From Sumerlaeia bacterium (GTDB lineage: Bacteria > Sumerlaeota > Sumerlaeia > SLMS01 > JAHLLQ01), in NCBI GenBank assembly GCA_040219255.1, contig JAVJSW010000077.1, positions 1 through 64,000 on the forward strand: DNA of 64,000 bases, written 5' to 3'. Numbering within the stretch: the stretch's first letter is position 1; the number at the start of each line of letters is the position of its first letter. Below are positions 36,139-46,992 of this stretch, in pieces. The notes beneath the pieces were generated by a model. That model saw only the letters and a list, made by a program, of their open reading frames with translations, ran no database searches and was not told the origin of the DNA. The translations under genes and the position numbers were made by a program.

Positions 36139-38730
36139 ATGTCGCCGCAGGCCAGTCATTCGATCGCAATGCCCGCCGCTCCCTCCGAGCCGATGGCCGG
36201 GTTGAAGGACCTGCCGGCGGCGGACTGGTTTCAGAAGGCGCCGCTGCTGTGGCTGGCGTGTCTGCCTTTGATTCCGCGCGACTTGATCGTCTTCAGCCCC
36301 TCCATCTCGATCGGGCTGGGCCTGGGTTGGCTCGCGGCTGTCTTCGCGATCGTCAGTGTCTTTTATTGGCGGGGATGGCTGGCGGGGATGTCGGCGCCGG
36401 TGGTTCTCGGTACCTGCTTTTTTCTCTGGCTTTCCGTCCGAACGGGCTTCGCCGGTTCCTATGTGTCGCGGCTGGGGCTCTTTGGGCTTCTGGCGTTCTT
36501 GCTGGGGGCGAGCCTGCATCGGCGGCATTTGCTGTTTTTTCTTCGGGCGTGGATTGTGGCGCTTTGGTTCATTCTCGCGTTGGCGGCGTTGGAGTGGGCG
36601 GGCCTGCTGGGTCAGCCCGTCCTCGACCTTTGGCGCTTTCGCACCTTCACCTTTGGCGAGGCGGAACGCCTGAGCGCCTCCTTCTTCCATCCGAATCTTT
36701 TCGCATTCTATCTTCTGCTGTCGCTGGTGGTGATGGTCTGGGCGTGCTATGCGAGACGCCTGTCGGGGCGCGGTTGCTGGCACCTCTGGCTGCAAGCGTC
36801 GTTCTGCGGTCTGTTCCTGTCGTTGACGTACAGCCGGGGAGTGATCCTGGCGGCGGCGGTTCTTGCGGGCGGGATGTTGCTTCTGCCCCGGTGCCGTTTC
36901 CGCGTTCCCAGGCGGGTGCTGCTTTCCGTGGCAGCCGCTGCGGCGTTGGGTATGGCGACTGGGGTGTGGTCGGCGCGCGAAGTCTGGGTCGCCCGCGTTC
37001 TGCAAGTGGGTGCAATGGCGGATCAGGCGATGGGGGCGACCGAGCGCGTGACCGTTGGCGAGGATGTGGCCGTGCCTCTGCAGACGTTGTCCGCCGAGCA
37101 GCTCGATGTGGTGGGCCGCGTCGATATTTGGAGGGACGCGCTCGATTTCTTCGCCGAGTCGCCGATTTTCGGCCACGGGGTCGGTGAATTCTTTCGCTGG
37201 GGCCAGGGCTTCTTCCATGCGCATAATGTCTTGCTGGAATTGATCGTTTCGGGCGGTTTGGTGGCATTGATGCTCCTGGCTGGTATCATTGTTTTTTCGC
37301 GCCGCCTATTCCCTCTGAGGGTCTGGCATATCTTTCTTTTGACTTTTTTGTGTGCGGGGATTTTCGATTGCTTTCTGTTCTTTCGTTTTCCTTTTCTCTT
37401 GTTCGCGCTCGCCCTTGGGGTGATCTGCCGGACAGAGCAGGGAGACACACCGTCGTCGTGGAGTGTGCCGCGCTGGCGGCCCCTCGACGGCGCTCGGACG
37501 ATACAGATCCGGCGTCACGCGCTGTGGATGGGCGGGCTGTTTTTGTTGCTGGGGGTTTCCCGTCTGACGTATCAGCTCTATCATCATGCTTATCCCATCG
37601 ATTCCTTCACATTTTACGCTTCCGTGCGTTATGCCCTGACGACTCATCAATTGCCCTATGTGGCTTGGCCTTCCGGGCTTCGCCTGCCCGATTATCTGCC
37701 GATGACGGAATGGTGCCTGGAGGAGTTCAACGCGGTTCCATTCCGTTTCTTTTATCCACCTTCTGCAATTCTGGTGCTGGCGCCGTTGGGATTCTTTCCA
37801 AATCCTGTGGCCGGCACGGCGGGGTATTATGTTTTCCAGTTCGTGATGGTTCTGTCCATCATCTATGGAGCAAGTCTTCTCAGCGAAACCAAGGGGGCTT
37901 TATGGCTGGCCGCGATTTTTGTTTTCGCTTTCGCGGAAACGCAGATGGATATGCTGGTTGGCAATGTCAGTTTGTTCATGGGGGCCTTGGCGGTTTGGGC
38001 GTGGATTTGCCACGCGCGGGGATACCCGCTCGCCGCTGGCGCCCTAATCGCCATCGCGACCGGGGTGAAAGTTTTTCCGGTGATCTGGTTGCTGTACGCG
38101 GTTGCCAAACCTCGGGGGTCGCTTCGGTTGTTCAGCGGTTTCGCCGTGACTGGGGGCGTCCTTTTCGGCCTCAGCCTCGCGGTGTTTGGCTGGGATTTTT
38201 GGGTCCAGTATAAGTTCTGGGTCCTGGACGCATTGAGCCTGTATCCGCCCCGGGGGCCGAACAGCTCTCTTCTCGGCCTTCTCTGGATCGTCCGCGGCGA
38301 GGAAGTTCCCTGGCTCCGGGCGGGTCTTCTGGCGTCGCTGGCGCTCGCGATCGGCACGGCGGCTTTTCGGCTGCGAAGCGACCCGGACGCGCCGCCCCGC
38401 CTCGCGCTCAGCGTCCTCGCTTTTTCCGTCCTCGCCAGCCCGGTGGCCTGGTCCCATTATCATGTCGTTCCACTTGGACTGCTGGTGTCACAAATTGCTT
38501 GCAACGCGCCTCATCCCACCCGACGATTGGCATATGGTTTCTTGCTTGCATTCGTGTGCTTGTCGCTAGGGTTTTTCCCTTCGGCAAACTGGATCGCAAC
38601 TCAGTTCGGCGCCTCGGGCCTCGTTCTCCTCACCGTGCTTCCGCTTTTCCAGAGCTTGCGCAAGGAGTCGAGTTGTAATGGTAAGCGACCTATCGGTTCG
38701 AAACCGGCTCCTCTTGCGGCGTCCATCTAG
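36139..38730 (+). CDS. O-antigen ligase (Wzy_C) fused to a GT87/DUF2029-like membrane glycosyltransferase
   Basis: FFHPN, LTYSRG, R..IW...PIFGHG, HAHN in the N-half; D..FY, FFYPP, GNVS, KVFP, SPVAWSHY in the C-half. Confidence 0.8.
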   Translation: MSPQASHSIAMPAAPSEPMAGLKDLPAADWFQKAPLLWLACLPLIPRDLIVFSPSISIGLGLGWLAAVFAIVSVFYWRGWLAGMSAPVVLGTCFFLWLSVRTGFAGSYVSRLGLFGLLAFLLGASLHRRHLLFFLRAWIVALWFILALAALEWAGLLGQPVLDLWRFRTFTFGEAERLSASFFHPNLFAFYLLLSLVVMVWACYARRLSGRGCWHLWLQASFCGLFLSLTYSRGVILAAAVLAGGMLLLPRCRFRVPRRVLLSVAAAAALGMATGVWSAREVWVARVLQVGAMADQAMGATERVTVGEDVAVPLQTLSAEQLDVVGRVDIWRDALDFFAESPIFGHGVGEFFRWGQGFFHAHNVLLELIVSGGLVALMLLAGIIVFSRRLFPLRVWHIFLLTFLCAGIFDCFLFFRFPFLLFALALGVICRTEQGDTPSSWSVPRWRPLDGARTIQIRRHALWMGGLFLLLGVSRLTYQLYHHAYPIDSFTFYASVRYALTTHQLPYVAWPSGLRLPDYLPMTEWCLEEFNAVPFRFFYPPSAILVLAPLGFFPNPVAGTAGYYVFQFVMVLSIIYGASLLSETKGALWLAAIFVFAFAETQMDMLVGNVSLFMGALAVWAWICHARGYPLAAGALIAIATGVKVFPVIWLLYAVAKPRGSLRLFSGFAVTGGVLFGLSLAVFGWDFWVQYKFWVLDALSLYPPRGPNSSLLGLLWIVRGEEVPWLRAGLLASLALAIGTAAFRLRSDPDAPPRLALSVLAFSVLASPVAWSHYHVVPLGLLVSQIACNAPHPTRRLAYGFLLAFVCLSLGFFPSANWIATQFGASGLVLLTVLPLFQSLRKESSCNGKRPIGSKPAPLAASI

Positions 38731-38795
38731 ATCTCCGCTGGAAGTGTCAATGTCGTGTTTCTCCCTTTACCCTCTCCCTCGGAAAGGTCAGCTCT

Positions 38796-40535
38796 ATGCT
38801 CACCAAAAGCACCCTGTCCCCCATGGTTGGCTACGGCTTGGCCGCTGGCCTGCTCCTGGGAACGTCCGCGATCTTTACCTATTACGGCGATGAAGGCGGC
38901 GACGAGATCGAATTCGCGCGGGTCTCGACGGCCTCGGCGACGTACCTTCCGGGCGTGGATTCGACGCCCCAACTCGAAGCGGTAGTCTTCGGTTCGACGC
39001 TGACCGTGAGCCCGGGCCCGACGGCCTCGATCTATGGCGAGTTCGTTTTCGGCGATCCCGCCCAGGATGTCGCCACCTGGAACATCACCCGCACCGCACG
39101 CTATCTGACGGATTCGGCGGGGGCGGATGTGATGTTCTGCTATCCGCCCAACCTGGCTCCCGGGACCTATGGCTACGTGGTCCGATTCTATCATGAAGCG
39201 CAGGTTGTGGTGGGCGACCTGGACGGTAGCACGAACGGCATTTCCAGCGATGAGTACGGCCTGCTGACGGTTCTGGCTCCCGCCGACCCGTCGATCTACC
39301 TGCGCGGCGAGGTGTGGCCGCCGTGGGCCGCCCGCCCCGACCGCATCGCCGGGGCCAATATCTACATCAACAACGACAGCTTCTCCACCTTACCGGCGCC
39401 GACGGTTCGGATCACCACCGATTCGGGCGACATCCTGTTCACGAACGGCGACCCGACCCGGCGATCCGTTATCGACTTCACGGCTCCTTCTTCCCTCGGA
39501 CCCCAGGAAACCTACTACGATTACTTCCTCTTCGAGACGGGTACGGTGGCGCCGAACACGATCAGCTTCACGCTCTCGCTACTGGAAGGCGGCCCCGGGA
39601 GCGACGTCAAGCGCACGCTCAATACCGGCTCGACGTTCATCGGAACCTCCTTCGATCCGAACGAAAAGCTCGGCCCGACGGGCATTGGCCCGGACCGCCA
39701 GATTCTTCTGGGCACGATGAACTACCGCATCAACTTCGAGAACGTGGAAACCGCCACGGCGGACGCGCAGGTCGTCACGGTCGAGGACGAACTGACGTTC
39801 GACTTCGAGCCTGGCTCGTTCCTGTTCGAGAGTTTCGGTTGGAGCAACAACGTCTATACGGTGTCGCCCCCGGCCGAGAACTTCAGCCAGTCGATCGACA
39901 TTTCGACCGATCTGCGCGTCGACGTCGTGGGCGTGCTGGACACGGCCACGACGGTTCCAAAGGCCACCGTGACCTTTACCACGATCGATAAGAACACCGA
40001 CATGCTGCCGATCTTCGATGGCTTCCTGCCGCCGAACGACGACGAAGGTATCGGCGAGGGCTTTGTCACGTTCCAGGTGCTGCCGGACCTCGACACTCCC
40101 GTCGGAACGGTCATCAGCAATGAAGCGCTCATCTTCTTCGACACCAATCCCCCCATCAGCACCTCGGACGCGCCGAACAGCGGGCCCTGGACCAACCAGA
40201 TCGCGGACCTGCCGCCAGGCACGCCGGACATCCCGCTGCCCGCCGACGGCAGCGTGAACGTGCCCTTCGAACTCGGACAGCTCTCCTGTTCAAACCCCGA
40301 TGGCGCCTCTGAATTCAACGTCTATGTGTGGCGGGCGAGCGATCCCAAGCCGAGCCATCCGACGGTGGAGGGCTTGTCCCAACCAGTGCTGCTCCTGGGC
40401 GACGACCTCGACCCGAACACGCAGTACCGCTGGCAGGTGGAAGCCGCCAATCCCTGGGGCACGACGCCAAGCACCGAGTGGACCTTCAACACCGGCAGCA
40501 CCGGCGTCGGCGGTCTGTGGCGGTCGGTGGACTGA
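38796..40535 (+). CDS. Secreted acidic beta-sandwich protein (DPNEK-type domain + FN3-like)
   Basis: Signal peptide; SFDPNEK...YRINFEN...N.ALIFFD.N.PI; L.PNTQYRWQV.A. Confidence 0.7.
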   Translation: MLTKSTLSPMVGYGLAAGLLLGTSAIFTYYGDEGGDEIEFARVSTASATYLPGVDSTPQLEAVVFGSTLTVSPGPTASIYGEFVFGDPAQDVATWNITRTARYLTDSAGADVMFCYPPNLAPGTYGYVVRFYHEAQVVVGDLDGSTNGISSDEYGLLTVLAPADPSIYLRGEVWPPWAARPDRIAGANIYINNDSFSTLPAPTVRITTDSGDILFTNGDPTRRSVIDFTAPSSLGPQETYYDYFLFETGTVAPNTISFTLSLLEGGPGSDVKRTLNTGSTFIGTSFDPNEKLGPTGIGPDRQILLGTMNYRINFENVETATADAQVVTVEDELTFDFEPGSFLFESFGWSNNVYTVSPPAENFSQSIDISTDLRVDVVGVLDTATTVPKATVTFTTIDKNTDMLPIFDGFLPPNDDEGIGEGFVTFQVLPDLDTPVGTVISNEALIFFDTNPPISTSDAPNSGPWTNQIADLPPGTPDIPLPADGSVNVPFELGQLSCSNPDGASEFNVYVWRASDPKPSHPTVEGLSQPVLLLGDDLDPNTQYRWQVEAANPWGTTPSTEWTFNTGSTGVGGLWRSVD

Positions 40536-40715
40536 ACCGAGCGGTCTGAACCGCGACTTCCCAAGAGCGACATGCGCCCGCATCCGATCTCACGCTGAGG
40601 CCGGATGTGGACGTTTTTCTTTGGAGCCAGCTCCAGGCGCCGAGTCAAATTCCCATAGCCCCAAGGAGAAACGCTGGCCCAGCGTGCAGGCGGCTGCTAC
40701 CTTTTCCCGCGCTCT

Positions 40716-41981
40716 TTGGAGATTGTCCCGTTGCACATCGTTGCCATCAGTTCCTCCCGCCTGCCCAATTCGCAAGCGCACCCCATTCAAATCCTTAAGA
40801 CCTGGGCCGCGATGGCACGCCTGCCGGGGGTCCGGGTCACTTTGCTTTGCGTGGCGCTCGATTCGACCCCGGAGGAGCTGCTGAAATCCATGCAGCTCGA
40901 GCCCCATCCAGACCTCAAGATCGAGGCTCTCATGCCCTCCTGGGTGATGGACCGGCTCGGGCTCGATACCTACATCAGCACCAATCGGACGTGGCTCTAC
41001 GGACTGGCGCGTTGGCGGCTCAAACGCCGCCTGGCCAAGAGTATCGCCCAGGAACCGACGGTCATCCACACGCGCAACGAGAGCGTGGTCTGGTGGATCT
41101 GGGAAACGTGCGAAGCGCTGAAGATTCCCCTTATCGTCGAGTTGCACTGGCTGAAGTACGTGGACCGGTTCCGGCGGTGGCGCCAGCGCCGCGACAGCAA
41201 GGGCGAAACCCCCAGCCTCACTCAATGCAAGGCTTTCCTGCGCAAACGCCGCGACAGCGAACTCGATTGCCTGCGGCATGCTTCCATGATTCTGCCGCTG
41301 ACGTCCTGCATCAAGGACAGGCTCGAGGGCTGGGGACTGTCGAACATCGAGGTGGTACCGAGCGGCACATCGGTCCCTCCCCTGCCAGAGGAAAAGCCGG
41401 CGGAAACCATCGACCTCTTGTACGCGGGTCAGTTCCTGCCCTGGAAGGGCGTCGACACGGTGATCCGCGCGATGGAGCACCTGCCCGAATACCGGCTGGT
41501 GCTGCTGGGCGATCACCCTCCAGAGGACAAGCGGCGGCTGCAAAACCTCGCAGCGGAAGTGGGCGCGGCGGACCGCTGTGAGTTCCGGGGCCGCGTGCCC
41601 CATCCGGAAGTCGCCAAGGCCGCCGCCGCCGCCAAAGTCTGCGTGCTGCCTACGCCTCGCAAAGGATTCCCCGAAGCCCGCTTCTTCACCAGTCCGCTCA
41701 AGCTCTATGAGTTTTCCGCCATGGGTAAGGCCATCGTGGCGTCCGACGTGCCAAGCCTGCGCGACGTCCTCGTCCATGGCGAAAACGCCTGGATGGTGCG
41801 GCCCGACGACCCGGTGGCCTTCGCCCATGGCATTCGAAACGTGATGGAGGACGAAGAACTGCGGGCCCGATTGGGGCGCAACGCCCGGGCCTTTGCCGAG
41901 CGGCACAGTTACGAGGAGCGGGCGAAGCGTTTACTTCGACACATGCAAAAAGCCGCCGGAGTCGAATCCGCGGGCGGTTGA
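40716..41981 (+). CDS. Glycosyltransferase family 4
   Basis: YAGQ..PWKG, TSPLKLYEFSAMGKAIVASD. Confidence 0.9.
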   Translation: MEIVPLHIVAISSSRLPNSQAHPIQILKTWAAMARLPGVRVTLLCVALDSTPEELLKSMQLEPHPDLKIEALMPSWVMDRLGLDTYISTNRTWLYGLARWRLKRRLAKSIAQEPTVIHTRNESVVWWIWETCEALKIPLIVELHWLKYVDRFRRWRQRRDSKGETPSLTQCKAFLRKRRDSELDCLRHASMILPLTSCIKDRLEGWGLSNIEVVPSGTSVPPLPEEKPAETIDLLYAGQFLPWKGVDTVIRAMEHLPEYRLVLLGDHPPEDKRRLQNLAAEVGAADRCEFRGRVPHPEVAKAAAAAKVCVLPTPRKGFPEARFFTSPLKLYEFSAMGKAIVASDVPSLRDVLVHGENAWMVRPDDPVAFAHGIRNVMEDEELRARLGRNARAFAERHSYEERAKRLLRHMQKAAGVESAGG

Positions 41982-42020
41982 CAGTGCCCGCCGGTTGGCT
42001 GACCCTTCTCGCCAGCAACC

Positions 42021-43673
42021 TTGCCGGAAAGCCCCTCCCTTGCCTTGAGTTCCGCCGTGACGACCACCGCCGCCAAGTTGTCCCTGCTGCCACGCGCCCG
42101 GTTCGGTGTGCGCGAGGTCTGCGCCGCGACACTCTTCGGGGCGCTTGTGCTGCTCGCCGTCATGGACAAGGAAACGCAATCGATCCGCGCGCTGGCGCTC
42201 TGGATCGCGGTGCCGCTGGCCGTGTTGCTCGAAGCCTTCCTGCCGCGCGACGACGACTTTCCGACGTGGAAACGGCGCGGCGCCATCGCGGCGGCGGGCA
42301 CGTTTCTGACGGTCCTGAGCGCGGAACTGCTGCGCGATGTGATCGCGGCCGGCGGCTCGAACCGCCGCGAGGCATTGACCGCGATGGTTGCCTTCCAGGC
42401 GATTCCGCTCTGGGGCGTGACGATGTGGTTGCTGGCGCCGTTCCTCGACCGCGCCTGGCGGGCTCTCCGGGCGAGAAACCGGCCCGATTTCTGGAGCCTG
42501 AGCTGCGCGGCTCTCGCTCTGTTCGGCTTCTGGAGTTTCGCCACCGCCATGGCCTCCGACCGGCCGGACCGGGGTTTCCGCTATTTCGGATACGAGATCG
42601 GTGTGCTGCTGCCGCTGTTCCTGGTTTGGGTGCGGGCGGCGACTTCGTTCCCGGCGCTGCACCGCACGATGAAAACGATCGGGCTCGGCATCGCGGTCTT
42701 CGCGTTGGCGTACGGTGTTTCGATGGCGGGTCTTTACAAATTCGGCTCGGAGGAAACGCGAGCCGCGCTGGCGCTCGATTTACCCGAAGCTCCCGCCTCG
42801 GTCATGAAGGAATGGGTCCCGCCGCATGAACGCGCGTTGTTCGGCGAAACGATGATGTGGCGCCTTCAGGCTCCCTTTGGGCACCATAACCGGCTGGGAT
42901 ACTTCTCGGCGGTTTGCGTGCTGCTGTTTCTGCTGGCGATGCCATCGGCAGCCAAGTTCCAGCGCTCGATCCTGGCCGTCGGAGCGGGGTTGGCGGTCTT
43001 GGCGCTGGTCTGCACGCTTGGGCGGGCGGCGATGATCGCGCTGCTGGCGGGGTCGGCAGTCAGCGCGATCCTGCTCCTTGGCAGGCGGGCGCTCTGGGGT
43101 CTGCTGCTACTGCCGGTGCTCTGGTTCGCGATGCCCGATTCCCAGAGGGCCCGCGCGATTTCACTCGTCAACCCGGACACCTACAAACGCGATTGGAGCA
43201 CCGTGGCGCTGCGGTTCCAGCACTGGGAAGCGACGCTTTCCCTGATCGCCGACCACCCGGTGGCGGGAACCGGCTATGGCTGGAAAGCCTTCCAGTACCA
43301 CCACGAGCGCCGGGCCGAAGAGCTTGGCCTGGCCGTCGGCTTCAATCACGCGCACAACGTTTGGCTCCAGGTCGCGGGCGAGTCCGGCATTCCGGGATTG
43401 CTCTTCTTTGCGGCATGGACGGGACTGCGCTGGGCCATGCTTTGGCGGCTCTGGCGCGCGACACCTCGCGAGGACCGCGGACGGCGCTGGCTGCTGGCGC
43501 TATGGATCGGCGTCGAGGCGGCGATCCAGTTCTACAGCTTGACCAACCTGCCGCTTCGCCGCAGCCTCGCCGTGCTGACGTGGTTTGTGTGGGCGGCGAT
43601 GACGGCGGACCTGATCCGCCTGAGCCAGCAGACCTCGAATGAGGAACCTTTGGAAGGACGGGCTGGGCCTTGA
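42021..43673 (+). CDS. O-antigen ligase family membrane protein
   Basis: HHNRL, TLGRA, R..HW...HPVAGTGYG, HAHN; many TMs. Confidence 0.85.
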   Translation: MPESPSLALSSAVTTTAAKLSLLPRARFGVREVCAATLFGALVLLAVMDKETQSIRALALWIAVPLAVLLEAFLPRDDDFPTWKRRGAIAAAGTFLTVLSAELLRDVIAAGGSNRREALTAMVAFQAIPLWGVTMWLLAPFLDRAWRALRARNRPDFWSLSCAALALFGFWSFATAMASDRPDRGFRYFGYEIGVLLPLFLVWVRAATSFPALHRTMKTIGLGIAVFALAYGVSMAGLYKFGSEETRAALALDLPEAPASVMKEWVPPHERALFGETMMWRLQAPFGHHNRLGYFSAVCVLLFLLAMPSAAKFQRSILAVGAGLAVLALVCTLGRAAMIALLAGSAVSAILLLGRRALWGLLLLPVLWFAMPDSQRARAISLVNPDTYKRDWSTVALRFQHWEATLSLIADHPVAGTGYGWKAFQYHHERRAEELGLAVGFNHAHNVWLQVAGESGIPGLLFFAAWTGLRWAMLWRLWRATPREDRGRRWLLALWIGVEAAIQFYSLTNLPLRRSLAVLTWFVWAAMTADLIRLSQQTSNEEPLEGRAGP

Positions 43674-45715
43674 GCCGCAAGAAGAAGAAGCGAGCGAAAC
43701 TGGGATTGTTCAGCGTGCTGGCGCCGAGGCTGGCTCAGCGTGTGGCGCGCTGGCGCGGCCGCAGCCAAGAGCCAGATCCGCAGGCCGAGCAACAACGCGC
43801 CATCATGCTCCGCGTCATCGGCATGCTGATGCGGTGGAAGCGCTGGATCATCGTCAGCAACACGCTCATTATTCTCAGCTCGCTCCTCAGCGTTTTCTCC
43901 CTTCTCGCGCTCTTTCCGATCCTCAAGGTCGCCTTCAATTCGCCGCTGCTGGCCGACGGCGGAGCGGCGGCCAGCAGCCAACCGGCCGCTGTTGCTGAGC
44001 AGACGCCACTCGAACCGCCTCAGGTTGTCTCGATCGGTTGGTACGACGAACTGAAGCGGGACCTGGACGCGAAGCGCGACGCGGCGATGGTCTGGGTCAC
44101 GGAGCAAAGCCGGGAAAATCCGCAAACGGTAATTCTCGCGATGTGCTTGATCTTCGCCGCGGCGGCCACCATCAAGTCCGCCCTCGACGCCGGGTCGAAC
44201 GCCGCGGTGGCCCGCATCCAGGTGCAATTCCAGGAAGACCTGACGCATCGGCTCTTCCGTCACGTGCTGGGCCAGGACGCGGCCTTCTTCCATTGGAACC
44301 CGCCCGGCCGCATCATGACCCGCATTTACAACGATGTGGCGAAGATGGGAATGTTGGTGCAGCTTGTCTACGGCGCCCGCATCCGCCAGCCGATCCACCT
44401 GTTCTTCCTCCTGGTGCTGCTGTTTTTCATCAATGGAACGCTGGCGTTGCTGGTGTTGCTGACGTTACCCGTGATCGCCTTTCCGGCGATTTTCATCGCG
44501 CGGCGCATCCGCGAGGTCTCGCGCAAGGAAACGGGCGCCGATGGCGACGTGATGTCCGTCCTGGAGGAACAGGCCAACGGGGCGCGCCTGATCAAGAGCC
44601 ACGCCTCGGAGGACTTCGAGGCGAACCGTTTCCGCCAGGTCGCTTCCTCTATGTTCGACCGGCGCGAGAAGCGCATGGTGCTCAAAGCCCTGGGGCGCCC
44701 GTCGATGGAGCTGATCACGACGCTCGGGACTCTGGCTGCGGTGGCTCTCGGTGTGCAGATCGTGCTGTCGTGGAAGCTCATCACCGGCGAGCAATTCCTG
44801 CTGTTCCTGATCGTCATGACGCGCGTGTACAAACCGGTGAAGACCCTTTCGAGCATTCACGTGGAAATGCAGCGTTCGCTGATGAGCGCCGAAGCGGTTT
44901 TTAAAATGCTCGACGAAGCTCCCCGCGTCGTGGAATCGAGCGAAGCCAAGATGTTCCCGCCCGACTGGCGCGAGATCCGGTTCGAAAAAGTCTGGTTCCG
45001 CTACGGCAAGAAAGCGCGCTATCCAGTGGTGCTGAAGAATGTGAGCTTGACCCTCAGGCGCGGCGAATTCGTCGCCATCGCTGGTGCCAACGGCAGTGGC
45101 AAGAGCACCCTCGCCTCGCTGCTGTGCCGGCTCTACGACCCGGTCGGAGGGGAGATTCTAGTCGATGGCGAACCACTGAAGTACTACAATCTCAGTTCGC
45201 TACGCAACGCCATCGGACTGGTTCATCAGGACGCGCTGCTGTTCAACATGACCATCGCAGAGAACATTGCCTATGGCGTGCCGCTGGAGGAAGTGGACAT
45301 GGGCCGTGTGCGCGAATGCGCCCAGCGCTCTGGAGCCGCCCGATTCATTGAACCGATGAAGGAGGGCTACGAGACGATGGTCGGCACAAAAGGCGGCAAG
45401 CTCTCCGGCGGTCAGCGCCAACTCATCACCCTGGCGCGGCTGCTCTATCACGCGCCTCCGATTATCATCTATGACGAGCCGACGGCCCACCTGGACGAAC
45501 AGGCGGGCGAACAAACCCTGGCAGTCATGCAATCTCTCGTGCCGGAGCACACCATTCTCATGATTACCCACGACGCCGCCCACGCCGTGGCGGCGGATCG
45601 GATTCTTCGCCTGCGCAACGGAGAACTGACGGAGGAGGACTCGGCCGGCCAACCTCCTTCCGGCGAACCGGCGAGCGCTGGCTCGGCGTTGCGAGAGGCG
45701 GCGGCGCACGGATGA
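43670..45715 (+). CDS. MsbA/PglK-like ABC exporter (lipid-linked glycan flippase)
   Basis: Fused TMD + NBD; GANGSGKST, LSGGQRQ, YDEPTAHLD. Confidence 0.88.
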   Translation: MSRKKKKRAKLGLFSVLAPRLAQRVARWRGRSQEPDPQAEQQRAIMLRVIGMLMRWKRWIIVSNTLIILSSLLSVFSLLALFPILKVAFNSPLLADGGAAASSQPAAVAEQTPLEPPQVVSIGWYDELKRDLDAKRDAAMVWVTEQSRENPQTVILAMCLIFAAAATIKSALDAGSNAAVARIQVQFQEDLTHRLFRHVLGQDAAFFHWNPPGRIMTRIYNDVAKMGMLVQLVYGARIRQPIHLFFLLVLLFFINGTLALLVLLTLPVIAFPAIFIARRIREVSRKETGADGDVMSVLEEQANGARLIKSHASEDFEANRFRQVASSMFDRREKRMVLKALGRPSMELITTLGTLAAVALGVQIVLSWKLITGEQFLLFLIVMTRVYKPVKTLSSIHVEMQRSLMSAEAVFKMLDEAPRVVESSEAKMFPPDWREIRFEKVWFRYGKKARYPVVLKNVSLTLRRGEFVAIAGANGSGKSTLASLLCRLYDPVGGEILVDGEPLKYYNLSSLRNAIGLVHQDALLFNMTIAENIAYGVPLEEVDMGRVRECAQRSGAARFIEPMKEGYETMVGTKGGKLSGGQRQLITLARLLYHAPPIIIYDEPTAHLDEQAGEQTLAVMQSLVPEHTILMITHDAAHAVAADRILRLRNGELTEEDSAGQPPSGEPASAGSALREAAAHG

Positions 45716-46992
45716 CTACCCTGATGATCGAAACGGAAAAAAGCCGGTCGCTGGCCCCCACGCCCCTGTCCGCCGACGGCAAACGCATCCTGCCCGATCG
45801 GCCACCCGGGGGGGAGGAGTTGATCCATCATGTGTTCACCGCCGCCACCTTTCGCATCAAGAAGGGGCAGCTCGCCCAGGGTGCACGGCTCATGGAGTCG
45901 GTGCTGGAAATGCAGACCCGATATCGGTACATCTATCACGCCATGGCGGCGTTCTACTTGTCTCTCTTGTACCGGTCGGAGGATCGCCCGGACACCGACC
46001 TGCTGCGCCAGGCGCTCGAAACCAATCCGATGTTCCCGCACGCCCTGGAACTGTGCCTGGAGCACGACAGGGAATGGGGTGACGAGCTGGTGACTCGCAA
46101 GACCCGTCTCGCGGGGCTGGACCTCGAAGGTTTCGCCCTGGTGATGGGCTGTGGCGTCTGGAAAGACATCAACCTGTTCCGTCATGGAGACGATTGGTTC
46201 GCCGGCAAGACGGTCTTCGATTTCGGCGCCCGCACCGGCTTTCACGCGCTGGCTTTCCTGGCGGCGGGGGCGGCCAGCTACACCGCCGTCGACAAAGCGG
46301 AGAAGAGCTTCCGCCTCGCCCGGGTCAAGAATCACCTCAAGCTGAACCACCCGATGACGGACCTGCCGTTCCGCATGGTCGACCTGGCACGCGACAACAA
46401 GAAACTCCTGACCCTGAAGCGCAAAGAGGGAACCGAATACGCCGACCGCAAGCGCTACGATTTCGTCGGGCTCTTCGCCACCAGCGAGCACCTGCACGAT
46501 CCGGCGGCGGTCTTCGCACTTCTGGAAAAGCTGCTGGCGCCAAGTGGCCGGCTCATGATGAGCCATCACAATTTCTATTCCTGGAACGGTCATCACAATT
46601 CCCCCAAGTCCGAACGCCAGCTCAAGGAAATGAGAGCCGCTGGCGAGGATCTGTCCTTTGCCGACTGGCAGTTCTTCGACAAGGAAATCACCAACGACTA
46701 TCTCAATCGGCTGACCATCGCCGAGCTGCGTGCGGTCCTGGACGAGCATCTGGACGTGGTGCGTTGGGAGCGCGAGTACACCCCTATCGGCAAAGGCCTG
46801 GGCCGCTACGGCCCCGAAATCGCACGCCAGCATCGCGAGCGGGGTCTGACGCCGGAGGACTTGCTGACGCAACGGGTCCTGGCGGAGGCGACGAAGCGCG
46901 ACACGGGTCTTTGCGGTCGCTTTGCGGACTGGTGGGATCGCCGCAAGTCCCGCGCACAGGGCCGTGCCAACCGGCGCAGGAAGTCAGCCTGA
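45712..46992 (+). CDS. Class I SAM-dependent methyltransferase with TPR-like N-terminus
   Basis: VFDFGARTG motif I, YDFV...EHLHDP, LAPSG. Confidence 0.8.
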   Translation: MTTLMIETEKSRSLAPTPLSADGKRILPDRPPGGEELIHHVFTAATFRIKKGQLAQGARLMESVLEMQTRYRYIYHAMAAFYLSLLYRSEDRPDTDLLRQALETNPMFPHALELCLEHDREWGDELVTRKTRLAGLDLEGFALVMGCGVWKDINLFRHGDDWFAGKTVFDFGARTGFHALAFLAAGAASYTAVDKAEKSFRLARVKNHLKLNHPMTDLPFRMVDLARDNKKLLTLKRKEGTEYADRKRYDFVGLFATSEHLHDPAAVFALLEKLLAPSGRLMMSHHNFYSWNGHHNSPKSERQLKEMRAAGEDLSFADWQFFDKEITNDYLNRLTIAELRAVLDEHLDVVRWEREYTPIGKGLGRYGPEIARQHRERGLTPEDLLTQRVLAEATKRDTGLCGRFADWWDRRKSRAQGRANRRRKSA

